Source of the DNA: a virus
Lineage: Duplodnaviria; Caudoviricetes
Virus record (IMG/VR): IMGVR_UViG_3300044852_000057
Span: 1 to 45,394 of that record
Length of the DNA stretch: 45,394 nt
Reading direction: 5' to 3' (one strand)
Position 1 is the first letter of the stretch. Every line of letters starts with the position of its first letter. A program made the translations under genes and the position numbers. Below, piece by piece: positions 8,953 to 18,528 of this stretch. Below the pieces are notes generated by a model, which was not told the origin of the DNA, ran no database searches, and was given only the letters and a program-made list of their open reading frames with translations.

Positions 8953-10523
8953 AGGAGCTCCTCCGCTACCAGGGCGCGACGCCGGTCGCCGCGGCCGTCT
9001 ACCGTCCAGCCGGCGTCGGCCTGGCCGGGATGACGCTCCCGGACCTGGGCATCAACACGTACCTCGTCGACCTCGAGTCGCTTCGGGGTCTCGAGGCGCA
9101 CAAGCAGGCGGCCGTGTCGCTGGCCGCTCGACTGACGGAGCTCGACGCCGAGGCCGCCGGTCGCTCGTTCACCGACGAGCAGCGGCAGGAGTTCGAGGAA
9201 ATCTCGGCTCCCGAGACGGGTCTCCTCGCGCGCGTCCAGGCGGCCGTCGACGAGCTCGAGATCCGTGAGCAGACCATCGCCGGCATCGTCGGCGCGGGCG
9301 GCCGCGGCGTCGAGTCGACGACGTTCTCTGCTCCCAATATCCGACGCGTGCCGGACGACCCGTTCGATCTCGTCGCATATCGGCAGCGGGTCCGGTCGAT
9401 CGACGATCTGCCGCAGGCCTACCGCGACGGCGCCATGCGCGTCCTCGAGGGCGCCGTGTTCCCGACCGCGCTGGCGGCCGGCTCGGATCCCGAGAAGCAG
9501 CGCGCTCGTGTCGCGCAGCTGATCGAGCGCCACGCCAAGGAGCGGAACGGCTGGATCTCCGCGCACGTCATCGGGACGAGCTCGCCGGCCTACGTCGAGG
9601 CCTACGCGCAGGCGATGTCCGGGCAGCCGGTCTCGCCGCGGATGATGGCCGTCCTCCAGACCTACGTCGACGCCGACGGTGGCTTCGCCATCCCGACGAT
9701 CATCGACCCGACGTTCATCAACACGTCCGACGGCTCCGTCAACCCGATCCGGCGCATCAGCCGCATCGAGACGACGGTCGGCAAGGACTGGCGCGCGATC
9801 ACGACGGCTGGCGTCGTGGCGGCCTACGTCGGCGAGCGCACCACCACGGGCGCCGCTGATGGCGCACCGACCGACGTCGACGATCCCACCGTCACGCCGG
9901 TCCGGGCCGACGTGTCCGTCGACGCGTCGCTCGAGTACCTCCAGGATTACGGCTCGACCGCACTCCTGGCCGAGCTCGGCACCCTCATCCAGGTGGCGAA
10001 GGACGACCTCGAGGCCGTCAAGTTCTTCCTGGGCGACGGCACCGGCGAGCCCGAGGGCATCGTGTTCGCGATCGACGCGGACGCCGGCTCCCTCGTCGCG
10101 ACCATCACCGACGACGTCTACGCGCTCGAGGACATCGACAAGCTGATCGGCCAGCTGGGCGCGCGGTTCCGCTCGCGGGCCGAGTTCGTGGCCAACCTGG
10201 CCATCCTCCAGCTGTCGCGTGACTTCGGCACGGCCGGCCAGACGGCCGGGACGATCTACGACCCGATCTCCAAGACGCTTCGCGGCTACGCTGCGAGCGA
10301 GGCCAGCGCGATGGACGACGTCGCGACCAACGCCAAGGAGATCCTGCTCTTCGGCGATTTCAGCAAGTTCGTCGTCGTCGACAAGCTCGGGCTCTACTCG
10401 AAGGTCCTCGACTCGAGGGACACCAACGGGCGGCCGACCGGCAATTCGACGATCTACGCGGCCTGGCGGAACAGCACCAAGGTGCTGGTCCTCAACGCGT
10501 TCCGGCTCCTCAAGGTCCAGTAG
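8949..10523 (+). CDS. major capsid protein, HK97 fold, with N-terminal delta/scaffold domain
   Basis: GTG start overlaps protease stop; GGFAIP, NPIRRIS, FFLGDGTGEPEGI, LFGDFSKF motifs. Confidence 0.95.
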   Translation: MKELLRYQGATPVAAAVYRPAGVGLAGMTLPDLGINTYLVDLESLRGLEAHKQAAVSLAARLTELDAEAAGRSFTDEQRQEFEEISAPETGLLARVQAAVDELEIREQTIAGIVGAGGRGVESTTFSAPNIRRVPDDPFDLVAYRQRVRSIDDLPQAYRDGAMRVLEGAVFPTALAAGSDPEKQRARVAQLIERHAKERNGWISAHVIGTSSPAYVEAYAQAMSGQPVSPRMMAVLQTYVDADGGFAIPTIIDPTFINTSDGSVNPIRRISRIETTVGKDWRAITTAGVVAAYVGERTTTGAADGAPTDVDDPTVTPVRADVSVDASLEYLQDYGSTALLAELGTLIQVAKDDLEAVKFFLGDGTGEPEGIVFAIDADAGSLVATITDDVYALEDIDKLIGQLGARFRSRAEFVANLAILQLSRDFGTAGQTAGTIYDPISKTLRGYAASEASAMDDVATNAKEILLFGDFSKFVVVDKLGLYSKVLDSRDTNGRPTGNSTIYAAWRNSTKVLVLNAFRLLKVQ

Positions 10524-10547
10524 CCTCCGGCGCTGGCGTAGGATCAC

Positions 10548-10580
10548 CCGGCCAGGCTCCGAGCGATCGGGCCTGGCCGG
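10548..10580 (+). terminator. GC-rich stem-loop after capsid gene (terminator or processing hairpin)
   Basis: CCGGCCAGGC-t-CCGA-GCGA-TCGG-GCCTGGCCGG; GNRA tetraloop; no strong U-tract. Confidence 0.55.
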
Positions 10581-10602
10581 TTCCCTGAAAGGAGGAGCAC
10601 CG

Positions 10603-10923
10603 GTGGCAGAAAAGAAGCTGAAGCCGCTCATCTACATGGCGCGCACGTCGTTCGTCCGCGGCAGCCGCGTCATCCGTCGAGGCGATTCCGTCCCGGCCGG
10701 CCACCCGTTGATGAAGGGCCGGGAGACCATGTTCGTCCCGTTCCAGCCGACCCACGGCTCGCTCAATTGGAGCGATCCCGAGGCGCCGGCTCCCGAGCCG
10801 ACTCCGGCTCCCACGCCTGCTCCGGACCCGGACCCGTCGCCGGATCCCGCTGGCACCGCCGAGGGCGATACCGATCCGGCCACCGCCGGCGACGGCGCTC
10901 CGGCCGATGCTGGTGACGCGTGA
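10603..10923 (+). CDS. small virion-associated protein with Pro/Asp-rich tail
   Basis: AAAGGAGG RBS, GTG 10603; follows capsid. Confidence 0.65.
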   Translation: MAEKKLKPLIYMARTSFVRGSRVIRRGDSVPAGHPLMKGRETMFVPFQPTHGSLNWSDPEAPAPEPTPAPTPAPDPDPSPDPAGTAEGDTDPATAGDGAPADAGDA

Positions 10924-11267
10924 GCGTTCTCACGAAGCGGGTTCCGATTGTCACCAACGGCTCGGGCGTGTCCGCGGCGTCCGTCAGGCTCGGCGCCGCG
11001 CGCCTGCTGGCGATCGACGTCGCGCTCGGCACGCTGTCGACGCCGGATATCACGATCACCGAGCAGCCGGCCAACGTCGTCGTCATGGCCGTCGCCGGGC
11101 TCGCGGCCAGCACGCGCTACAACCCGTCCGTCGCGCTGACCGGCGACGACGGCGCCGCGGTCGCCGGGGCGTTCGGGCCGTACGTCGCGCTCGGCCGGCT
11201 CGACGTCGCCATCGCCGGCGGCGGCGCCACCAAGATCGGCGAGCTCACGTTCACGTACGAGACCTAA
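10920..11267 (+). CDS. hypothetical beta-rich virion protein (possible decoration protein)
   Basis: GTGA coupling; head-module location. Confidence 0.6.
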   Translation: MSVLTKRVPIVTNGSGVSAASVRLGAARLLAIDVALGTLSTPDITITEQPANVVVMAVAGLAASTRYNPSVALTGDDGAAVAGAFGPYVALGRLDVAIAGGGATKIGELTFTYET

Positions 11268-11331
11268 CAGCCGCTCGAGCGGCCGGCGCGCTGGTCCTGG
11301 CCGCCGGCCGGCTCGGGCCGGAGGACCCTAG

Positions 11332-12150
11332 ATGGTTCACCTCGAGATCGTCGTCGCCGAGACCGCGGAGCTCCTCGCCGGCGGCGCCTACGGGCCCGGC
11401 GCGCTGCTCCGGTGGGAGTCGTCGGCGACGATCGGCGGGTCCTACGTCGAGGGCGGGACCGTGGCGCTCGTCGCCGACGTCGCGCTCTACGACGTCTGGG
11501 ATCCAGCGGGCACGGCCGGTGTCACCTGGTATCGCTGGCGCCTGTCGGACGCCGGCGCGACCACGTTCGGCGCCTACAGCGCGCCGCTCCAGGAGGCCGA
11601 CCACGACGTCTACCTGTCGAGCGCGCAGTTCCGGGCGTTCTTCCCGAGCTCCAATCTCACCGACGAGGCGCTCCAGGTCCTACTCGATGCCGCGGCCGAG
11701 GCGATCGACAAGGAGGCCGGGCCGCTCGGCGATGTCGTGCAGCGGACGCGCGCCGTGGGTCCGCTCGTCATGCTGGCGCGGGTGCCGTCGCTCATCGTGT
11801 CCGTCGTCGAGACCTACGACCACATCGGCGGCCGCGGCGACCTGACGCTCGATCCGGACGACTACGAGATCACCGGCCGTCAGACGGTCCGGCGCCTGAC
11901 GACGGGCCCGAATCCGGCGCTCCGCTGGTATCACCCGACGATCACCTACACGCCGGTCGACGACCGGGCCGACCGGCAGCGGGTGCAGCGGATGCTCGTC
12001 GGGCTCGAGGTCAATGCGCATCCTGGGATGAGCCAGCAGACGATCGGGACCTGGTCCGAGCAATACCGCTCGACCGCCGGCCAGACCTACCAGGAGGAGC
12101 GCGCCGAGATCCTCGGGTCGCTCAACGACGGCGGGCCGGTGGGCCGCTGA
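11332..12150 (+). CDS. head-tail adaptor with extra N-terminal domain
   Basis: GGAGG RBS; YLSSAQFRAF..LTDEALQVLLDAAAEAID and QQTIGTWSEQY resemble adaptor proteins; synteny. Confidence 0.7.
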   Translation: MVHLEIVVAETAELLAGGAYGPGALLRWESSATIGGSYVEGGTVALVADVALYDVWDPAGTAGVTWYRWRLSDAGATTFGAYSAPLQEADHDVYLSSAQFRAFFPSSNLTDEALQVLLDAAAEAIDKEAGPLGDVVQRTRAVGPLVMLARVPSLIVSVVETYDHIGGRGDLTLDPDDYEITGRQTVRRLTTGPNPALRWYHPTITYTPVDDRADRQRVQRMLVGLEVNAHPGMSQQTIGTWSEQYRSTAGQTYQEERAEILGSLNDGGPVGR

Positions 12151-12734
12151 TGGCGATCGAGGATCGCTATCGGCACACGGTCACCATCGTCCGGATGCTC
12201 CCGACGCGCGGCGGCGCGGCCGAGACCGGCGGCGGTCTCGATACGACGCTGACGGCTGACTCCGCGGTCGGCGCGCTCGAGCTCGAGCTCGTCGACGTCG
12301 GGGCGCTGGCGCCGGGCGACTTCCTCCGGATCGGCGACGCCGGCGAGGCCGAGGTCCGCGAGGTCGCCGGCGTCGCGCTCCTCGTCGTGACGCTGGCGGC
12401 GCCGCTCCAGGCGAGCCACGACGCGGGCGACCAGGCGCGCCAGGTCGACGATGCCGGCTCCGTGTCGGTCGATGAGTACGGGCAGCCGGTGGTAGGCGAG
12501 ACGACCGTGGCGACCATCCGCGGACTGATCCAGCCGCGCTCGGCCAAGGAGGTCCAGTTCTCGACGGGCGCCGGTCCGGTCATCGGCAACCACGTTCTCT
12601 ACTGCGGGCTCGTCGCCGGTCTCACGACCGACTGCTGGATCGACTTCGGGACGCGCAAGTTCGAGGTCCTTTCGATCGCCGACGCGGCCGGGCTCGGGCA
12701 CCACCTCGAAGTGGCGCTTCAGGAGATCAAATAG
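12150..12734 (+). CDS. head closure (stopper) protein with inserted repeat module
   Basis: TGATG coupling; RHTVTIVR...DEYGQP...FEVLSI...HHLEVALQE stopper pattern split by ~80-aa insert. Confidence 0.75.
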   Translation: MAIEDRYRHTVTIVRMLPTRGGAAETGGGLDTTLTADSAVGALELELVDVGALAPGDFLRIGDAGEAEVREVAGVALLVVTLAAPLQASHDAGDQARQVDDAGSVSVDEYGQPVVGETTVATIRGLIQPRSAKEVQFSTGAGPVIGNHVLYCGLVAGLTTDCWIDFGTRKFEVLSIADAAGLGHHLEVALQEIK

Positions 12735-13184
12735 ATGGCGCGCGGGGCGTCGGGCGCGCGCCGGATCGAGCTCAACCGGGCGGCGTTCGACGAGATCACG
12801 CTGGCCGTCGCCGACGGCGCGTTCGAGCTCGCCAAGAGCGTCATCGAGGACGCGCAGGTGCCGGATGCCGATCCGATCGGCGTCGGCCTCATTCAGGGCG
12901 GCGGCGTCCTGGCCTACGTCGGCCGGAAGCGTGTCGCCGTGTTCTCCAAGTGGGGTGCTCCCTCCGTCACGAAGCCACGCGGCGTCCGGCTCACCGACTA
13001 CGGCGTGACCGTCATCGGCGGGTTCGGGTTCCCTGGGCGATTCGTCGAGGAGGGCACGATCAAGATGCGGGCCGAGCCGTTCCTCACGCCGATGCTCCAG
13101 TCGGCGCTCCCGCGGGCCGACGTGTTCGTCCGGGCCGCGGTCAAGGCGCACGCGTCCAAGGTCGTGAAGGCGCACCGGTCGTGA
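12735..13184 (+). CDS. HK97 gp10-like neck protein
   Basis: FVEEGTIKMRAEPFLTP motif. Confidence 0.8.
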   Translation: MARGASGARRIELNRAAFDEITLAVADGAFELAKSVIEDAQVPDADPIGVGLIQGGGVLAYVGRKRVAVFSKWGAPSVTKPRGVRLTDYGVTVIGGFGFPGRFVEEGTIKMRAEPFLTPMLQSALPRADVFVRAAVKAHASKVVKAHRS

Positions 13185-13600
13185 TCGATCCGTTCGGGTT
13201 CGTCCTCACGTCGATCCGCGACGACGTCGGCGTGGCCGCGCTGACCACGCGGATCCGGGGCGGCGAGCCGGCCGGCGGCGACGACCCGGACGTCGCGATC
13301 CCGTTCCGGCGGTTCGTGGTCCTCACGCGCCTGGGCCGGCAGCGCCAGAAGCGCCTGCCGATGCAGGAGGTCCGGATCTCGGCGCGCTGCTACGGGACGA
13401 CCTACCAGGACGCGAGCCGGCTGGCCGACGCGGTCTCCGACGCCATGCACGCCAAGGGTCCGCGTATCTCTGGTGGTGGCGTCGGCGTCTGGGTATCATT
13501 CGAGGACGGCGGCGATGGGTCGACCAAGGACCCTGACACCGCGCAGCCATACGAGTCGGTGGTCATCAGCGTCGTCGCGGCGACCACGCCTATCGTCTAG
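13181..13600 (+). CDS. tail terminator/completion protein
   Basis: GTGA coupling; RCYGTTYQDASRLADAV and DPDT motifs; precedes tail tube gene. Confidence 0.7.
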   Translation: MIDPFGFVLTSIRDDVGVAALTTRIRGGEPAGGDDPDVAIPFRRFVVLTRLGRQRQKRLPMQEVRISARCYGTTYQDASRLADAVSDAMHAKGPRISGGGVGVWVSFEDGGDGSTKDPDTAQPYESVVISVVAATTPIV

Positions 13601-13686
13601 AGGTCCTCCATCGGCCGGGCTCAGGTCCGGGCCGTCACCAGCGAAGGCCGCCACGGCGGCCGGCAGCGATTAGGAGCTTGCGAGCC

Positions 13687-14697
13687 ATGACCACGACGAT
13701 TACGCCGGAGGAGCTCTACTTCGGGGCGCCGGCATCGATCACCTACGGCGGCGTCGAGTGCGGCGCGACCATCGATCCTCCCAAGATCGCGTTCGCCGTC
13801 ACGACCTACACGCCGAAGTTCCAAAACGCCAAGGGCCCGGTCAAGGGCACCTCGATCACGACCGAGGTCATCCCGTCGGCCGAGTTCACGGTCAACCAGA
13901 TCACCGCGCAGAAGCTCGCCTGGGCGCTGCCGGGTTCGTCCTCCTCGAGCTCGCCGTCCCTCGGCCAGGTTCGGGCCGGGCTCGTGACCACGCTCGGCGC
14001 GGATCCCGCGCTCGGCGCCACGCTGATCCGGCTGGCGTCCGTCACGACCGTCGCCGATGGCGACTTCATCCAGATCGGGCCGGCCACGACCGAGGCCGAC
14101 ACCGAGGTCGTGCGCGTCGTCGTCGCCGGGACCGCCGGCGCGACCGACACCCAGGTTGAGAACAGCGCCGGCGGCGGGCTGCTCATCGACCACGGCAACG
14201 GCGAGGCCGTCAAGACCGTCACCGGGACGCTCCTCGCGGCTCCGGTCGCGGCCGGCGGGACGACCGTCAAGCTCGACGACATGACCGGCCTGGCGCCGGG
14301 CGATTTCGTCCGGTTCGGCTACGTCGGGCACTACGAGACGCGCGAGCTCGTGACCGTCGGCACCGCCGGCGCTGGCGGCACCGGCGTCACGTTCGCGATC
14401 CCGCTGACCCGCGACCACGCGATGGGCGAGTGGGCGATCGAGGTCACGTCGCTCGGCGCGACGACGATCACCTGGACGGCCGGGCGGATCCCGTCCGACC
14501 AGTACCAGGACCTCGTCCTCGTCGGGCTCGGGCTCGACGGGCGGCAGCTGACCGTGTCGATCTTCGACGCGATGTCGGCCGAGAGCCAGGAGCTCGAGTT
14601 CAGCGACCAGACGGTCTCCGGCCTGAAGGTCAAGTTCGCCGGCAATTACGACCCGGCGACGCCGACGGTGGTGCCGTTCAGCATCGTCCTCGAGTAA
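13687..14697 (+). CDS. major tail (tube) protein with two inserted repeat modules
   Basis: AGGAG RBS; synteny; N- and C-terminal tube-like segments flank two similar ~75-aa inserts. Confidence 0.8.
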   Translation: MTTTITPEELYFGAPASITYGGVECGATIDPPKIAFAVTTYTPKFQNAKGPVKGTSITTEVIPSAEFTVNQITAQKLAWALPGSSSSSSPSLGQVRAGLVTTLGADPALGATLIRLASVTTVADGDFIQIGPATTEADTEVVRVVVAGTAGATDTQVENSAGGGLLIDHGNGEAVKTVTGTLLAAPVAAGGTTVKLDDMTGLAPGDFVRFGYVGHYETRELVTVGTAGAGGTGVTFAIPLTRDHAMGEWAIEVTSLGATTITWTAGRIPSDQYQDLVLVGLGLDGRQLTVSIFDAMSAESQELEFSDQTVSGLKVKFAGNYDPATPTVVPFSIVLE

Positions 14698-14700
14698 GCG

Positions 14701-15195
14701 ATGGGCACCCGAAGCCCGGAGGACGTCCTCGCCGGCGTCCTCCGGATCGCGGTCGGGCGGGACGCGAAGGAGCCGCGTCTGGTCCCGACGCTCCCGATCG
14801 CGGCCAACCGCGAGTGGCAGGCGAGCCTGTCCTCCGGTCCGGCCGCGTTCAACGTCGCCGTCGAGCAGGACGATTGGACGGCCGCGATGGTCGCCGAGTT
14901 CACCGGCCTGTCGATCGACGCGCTCCTCGACGCCGTCGTGTCCTACGACCGCACGGGCGCGCTCGGCGGCCGGGAGTGGCTCGAGGCCAACGCGGATCCG
15001 GCGCAGCTGTACGCGGCGCTGACCCAGATGGCGGAGGTGGCGTTCCCTTTCGCGACCAACGTGCCGATGCTTCTGGCCGCGTTCGTCCTCCGGCGGGTCG
15101 TCGGGTCGGACCCGGCGAGCTCTACGAATGGGCACTCGCCATCTGGGGGATCGACCCGCGGACGCTCCAAGACCGGCTCGACGCAGCGCAGCTGA
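14701..15195 (+). CDS. tail assembly chaperone (gpG-like)
   Basis: between tube and tape measure genes; Ser-rich C-terminus overlapping a -1 frame ORF. Confidence 0.75.
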   Translation: MGTRSPEDVLAGVLRIAVGRDAKEPRLVPTLPIAANREWQASLSSGPAAFNVAVEQDDWTAAMVAEFTGLSIDALLDAVVSYDRTGALGGREWLEANADPAQLYAALTQMAEVAFPFATNVPMLLAAFVLRRVVGSDPASSTNGHSPSGGSTRGRSKTGSTQRS

Positions 15196-15449
15196 CGATG
15201 CTCTGGGAGGCGGGCCAGGCGCGCGTCGCTCGGGAGGCCAAGGAGCGGCTCCGCGAGCGGTTCGTGACGACCCGCGACGCGATCCTGGCGGCCGACGTCG
15301 CCGTCGGGCGGGCCAAGATGACCCGTGGCTCGGCGACGCCGGCCTACGCGCAGGGCGACGCTCCGGAGCGGTCCGTCGCTAGCCAGGACGCGACGATCGC
15401 GCGCCTGGCACGCATGTTCCCTGGCGCGGTCTCGAGGCGGGTCTCGTGA
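15045..15449 (+). CDS. gpT-like extension reached by probable -1 programmed frameshift
   Basis: C CCT TTC slippery heptamer at 15045-15051; -1 frame open to 15449, stop overlaps TMP start. Confidence 0.6.
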   Translation, partial: PFRDQRADASGRVRPPAGRRVGPGELYEWALAIWGIDPRTLQDRLDAAQLTMLWEAGQARVAREAKERLRERFVTTRDAILAADVAVGRAKMTRGSATPAYAQGDAPERSVASQDATIARLARMFPGAVSRRVS

Positions 15450-17896
15450 ACATCGGCGACATCTTCTTTGCGCTCCGGGGCGACGGCGGGCAGCTGCAGA
15501 TCGACGCCAAGAAGGCCGCCGAGGCGGCCGGGATCACCGGCGGGCAGGCGTTCGGCGTGAGCTACGGCTCGAGCCTGAAGCGGGCCGCCGGCGCGGCGCT
15601 CGGCGGCCTGGCCGGGTTCGCGACCGGCGCCGTCCTCGTCGGCGCGCAGCAGCTGGACGCGGCGACGCGCCAGCTGCAGGCCGACACCGGGCTCACCGGC
15701 GAGGCGGCCAAGGCCGCCGAGAAGGACATGGCGTCGATGTACCAGAACAACCTGGCCGGCTTCGACCAGATCGGCGCGACGCTCGGCGCGGTCATCAACG
15801 GGCTGCACCTCGCGGGCAAGGCGGCAGCCGACGAGGCGCAGCGGTTCCTGAAGTTCGAGGAGGCAACCGGCAAGGGCGCCGAGGCCGTCGACGGGATCCG
15901 CGGCGTCCTCGACGCCTGGGACATCGACGTGGCGAAGTCCGGCCAGGTGATGGACGCGCTGGTCGCGAGCCACCAGAAGTACGGGACCAACATCAGCGAG
16001 GACATCGATCTCCTCACCAAGCTGTCGCCGACGTTGAAGGCGGCCAACCTGTCCTGGGAGGACGGGGTGGCGATGCTCAACCTCTTCACCAAGGCCGGCA
16101 TCTCCGCCGAGAAGATCCCGACCGCGCTGACCAAGGCGCTTAAGACCGTCAAGAGCTCGGAGGAGCTCCGGCAGCTGCTCGTCGACATCGGCAACATCGA
16201 GGACCCGTTCATCCGCGCGCAGAAGGCCGCGGCGATCTTCGGCAACCGGGCCGGGCCGCAGCTGGCGCAGGCGCTGGCGCGCGGGTCGCTCGCCGATTTC
16301 GCGATCAACATGGACGAGGCGGCCGGCGCCACCGATCGAGCGGCCGCGGCCGTCGAGTCCGGGTTCGGGGCGCAGTTCACGCTGATCCTCCACAAGGCCG
16401 GCGGCGCGCTCGCCGAGTTCGGGACGCAGTTCGGGCCGCTCCTCATCCTGGCGTCGGTCCTCGGGCCATCGATGATCAAGCTCGTGTCGGGTGCGATCGG
16501 CGGCCTCATCGGCTCACGGCTCGTCGTGGCGGCGTCCGCGGCCGCGGGTGGCGCTATCGGCGGGCTGTATGAGACTGCCTGGCTGGAGGCGGCCTACGGC
16601 GTCGACGCGATCAAGGGCGCGATGGCCGCGGTCGGCAATTCGTCCGTCGTGCAGGCCGGCGCGACGAAGATCGGCACGCTCCTCGGCGGGCGGATGGGCC
16701 TGGCGCTGAAGCTCGGGCTGGTCGCCGCGGCCGCGCTCGCCTGGGTCGAGGTGATCAACACCTACAACGACCAGAAGGCCAAGATCGACGCGCAGGGGAA
16801 GGACATCGGCAAGAGCGTCGGCGAGCAGATCGCGACCGGGACGACGGACGAGCTCATGAAGAGCAAGGCGGCGCTCGAGTCCGGGATCAAGCAGCTGGGC
16901 GGCGTCTGGGACCTCGGCATCTTCAGCAACGACGCGCGGGCCAACCTCCAGCGCCAGCTGGACGCGGTCAACGCGAAGCTGCTCCAGTCGGGCGGCGACA
17001 TCAAGGACGACTGGCGCGCGAACATGGCCGGCATCGTGACCGCGACCGAGGGCGCCGTGCACCCGCTCGGGCGCTCGGCCGACAAGATGGGCGTGGCGCT
17101 CGCGGATCCGCTCCACAAGGCGGCGACGTCGGCGCGCATCTCCGTCGACACGGCGATCGAGTCGATCCTGGCGTACATCAACGATTCGCGGAAGGCGCTG
17201 ACCGAAGCGGCGACCGGTGCAGCCGAGGCGATCTATGGGCCGCTGGTCGCTCGAGCCAACCTCAGCCAGACGGAGCGGGATCTGGCGGAGCAGCGCGGGA
17301 TCGTGAGCTCGAAGAAGTCCACGGCGGCGCAGGTCGCAGACGCGCAGCAGCGGATCATCGAGCTCACCCAGACGAAGGTTGAGCAGCTGGCGCTCCTCGT
17401 GTCCTATGGCGACCAGTCGGCGGCGTCCGCGCTCCAGCATCAGATCGACGTCCTGTCGGCTACCAAGGGGCTCACCGAGGAGCAGCTGCTCTGGCTGCGC
17501 AAGCTCCAGGGCGCGCTCGACGCGGCGACCGGCGACGCGCTGCGGCTCCAGGCGGCGCTCAACGGCGTGATCCGGACGCGGACCCAGAACGGCGTCGAGA
17601 TCGTCGGCCACAAGGCCGCTGGCGGGCCCGTCCGGGCCGGCATGCCGTACATCGTGGGCGAGTACCGGCCGGAGCTCTTCGTCCCGGATACCAACGGGAC
17701 GATCGTGGCGAATCCGTCGGTCGCGTCGGGCCCGGCCGCGGGCGGGCTCCTCGTCAACGGGCTCACCGTTCAGGTCTCGGGCGTCGGCTCGGACGTGTCG
17801 ATCGCCGCGGCTCGGCGGTTCGGCGCCGAGATCCTCGATACGGTCGCCGAGGGCCTCCGCGAGCAGCGGGCGCGATTCGTCGGCGGCGTCCCGTGA
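15446..17896 (+). CDS. tape measure protein (816 aa)
   Basis: long Ala/Gly-rich helical ORF; AAAIFGNRAG core; C-terminal AAGGPV...YIVGE.RPELFVP motif. Confidence 0.92.
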   Translation: MNIGDIFFALRGDGGQLQIDAKKAAEAAGITGGQAFGVSYGSSLKRAAGAALGGLAGFATGAVLVGAQQLDAATRQLQADTGLTGEAAKAAEKDMASMYQNNLAGFDQIGATLGAVINGLHLAGKAAADEAQRFLKFEEATGKGAEAVDGIRGVLDAWDIDVAKSGQVMDALVASHQKYGTNISEDIDLLTKLSPTLKAANLSWEDGVAMLNLFTKAGISAEKIPTALTKALKTVKSSEELRQLLVDIGNIEDPFIRAQKAAAIFGNRAGPQLAQALARGSLADFAINMDEAAGATDRAAAAVESGFGAQFTLILHKAGGALAEFGTQFGPLLILASVLGPSMIKLVSGAIGGLIGSRLVVAASAAAGGAIGGLYETAWLEAAYGVDAIKGAMAAVGNSSVVQAGATKIGTLLGGRMGLALKLGLVAAAALAWVEVINTYNDQKAKIDAQGKDIGKSVGEQIATGTTDELMKSKAALESGIKQLGGVWDLGIFSNDARANLQRQLDAVNAKLLQSGGDIKDDWRANMAGIVTATEGAVHPLGRSADKMGVALADPLHKAATSARISVDTAIESILAYINDSRKALTEAATGAAEAIYGPLVARANLSQTERDLAEQRGIVSSKKSTAAQVADAQQRIIELTQTKVEQLALLVSYGDQSAASALQHQIDVLSATKGLTEEQLLWLRKLQGALDAATGDALRLQAALNGVIRTRTQNGVEIVGHKAAGGPVRAGMPYIVGEYRPELFVPDTNGTIVANPSVASGPAAGGLLVNGLTVQVSGVGSDVSIAAARRFGAEILDTVAEGLREQRARFVGGVP

Positions 17897-18528
17897 CGGC
17901 CGGGTTCATCTCGCTCGGGATCCCTGGCACGGGCGCCGAGACCGGCGGCGGGGCCAACACGACGCTGTCGGCCGACGTCGCGGCTCGGGCGAGCTCGATC
18001 CACGTCGCGTCGGCGACCGGGATCGCGGCGGGCGACTTCCTCCGGATCGGCGACGTCGGCGAGACCGAGATTCGCCAGGTCGACGCGAGCTACGTGGCCG
18101 GGACGACGATCCCGCTGGCGACGCTCCTCGGGCGGGCGCATGACTCGGGCGACCAGGTGCGCGAGGTCGACGACGCCGGCGCGTTCGTCGGCGCCGAGGA
18201 CGTCTGGGACGCCGAGTGGTCCGGGTTCGCCTATGTCAACCACAAGCAGGTGACCGCGCTCCTCGGGACCGGGCTGACGGCGACCGCGAACGCCACGCTC
18301 CAGGAGGGCGCCAAGGGCTATCGCGAGGCGACGCTCGTGTTCACGGCTCCCGACTCGGCGACCAAGGACGCGGTACGCGCGTTCGATGAGTCGAGCGAGG
18401 CGATCGAGTTCACCGACTACGACGCGACGATCCGGAGCGTGCGGGTGCTCACCTTCGAGGCGTCGCTGACGGTGTCCGATCTCTGGCGGGTGTCGGTCCG
18501 GCTCCAAGAGCTCACGGAGCCGGTCTAG
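17893..18528 (+). CDS. distal tail protein-like, with inserted repeat module
   Basis: directly after TMP; insert homologous to the one in the stopper gene. Confidence 0.6.
   Translation: MTAGFISLGIPGTGAETGGGANTTLSADVAARASSIHVASATGIAAGDFLRIGDVGETEIRQVDASYVAGTTIPLATLLGRAHDSGDQVREVDDAGAFVGAEDVWDAEWSGFAYVNHKQVTALLGTGLTATANATLQEGAKGYREATLVFTAPDSATKDAVRAFDESSEAIEFTDYDATIRSVRVLTFEASLTVSDLWRVSVRLQELTEPV

Noticed and set aside
13616-13650. TCAGGTCCGG resembling the SRP RNA core
   Set aside because: The following AAGGAAGCAGC and the long SRP stem are absent
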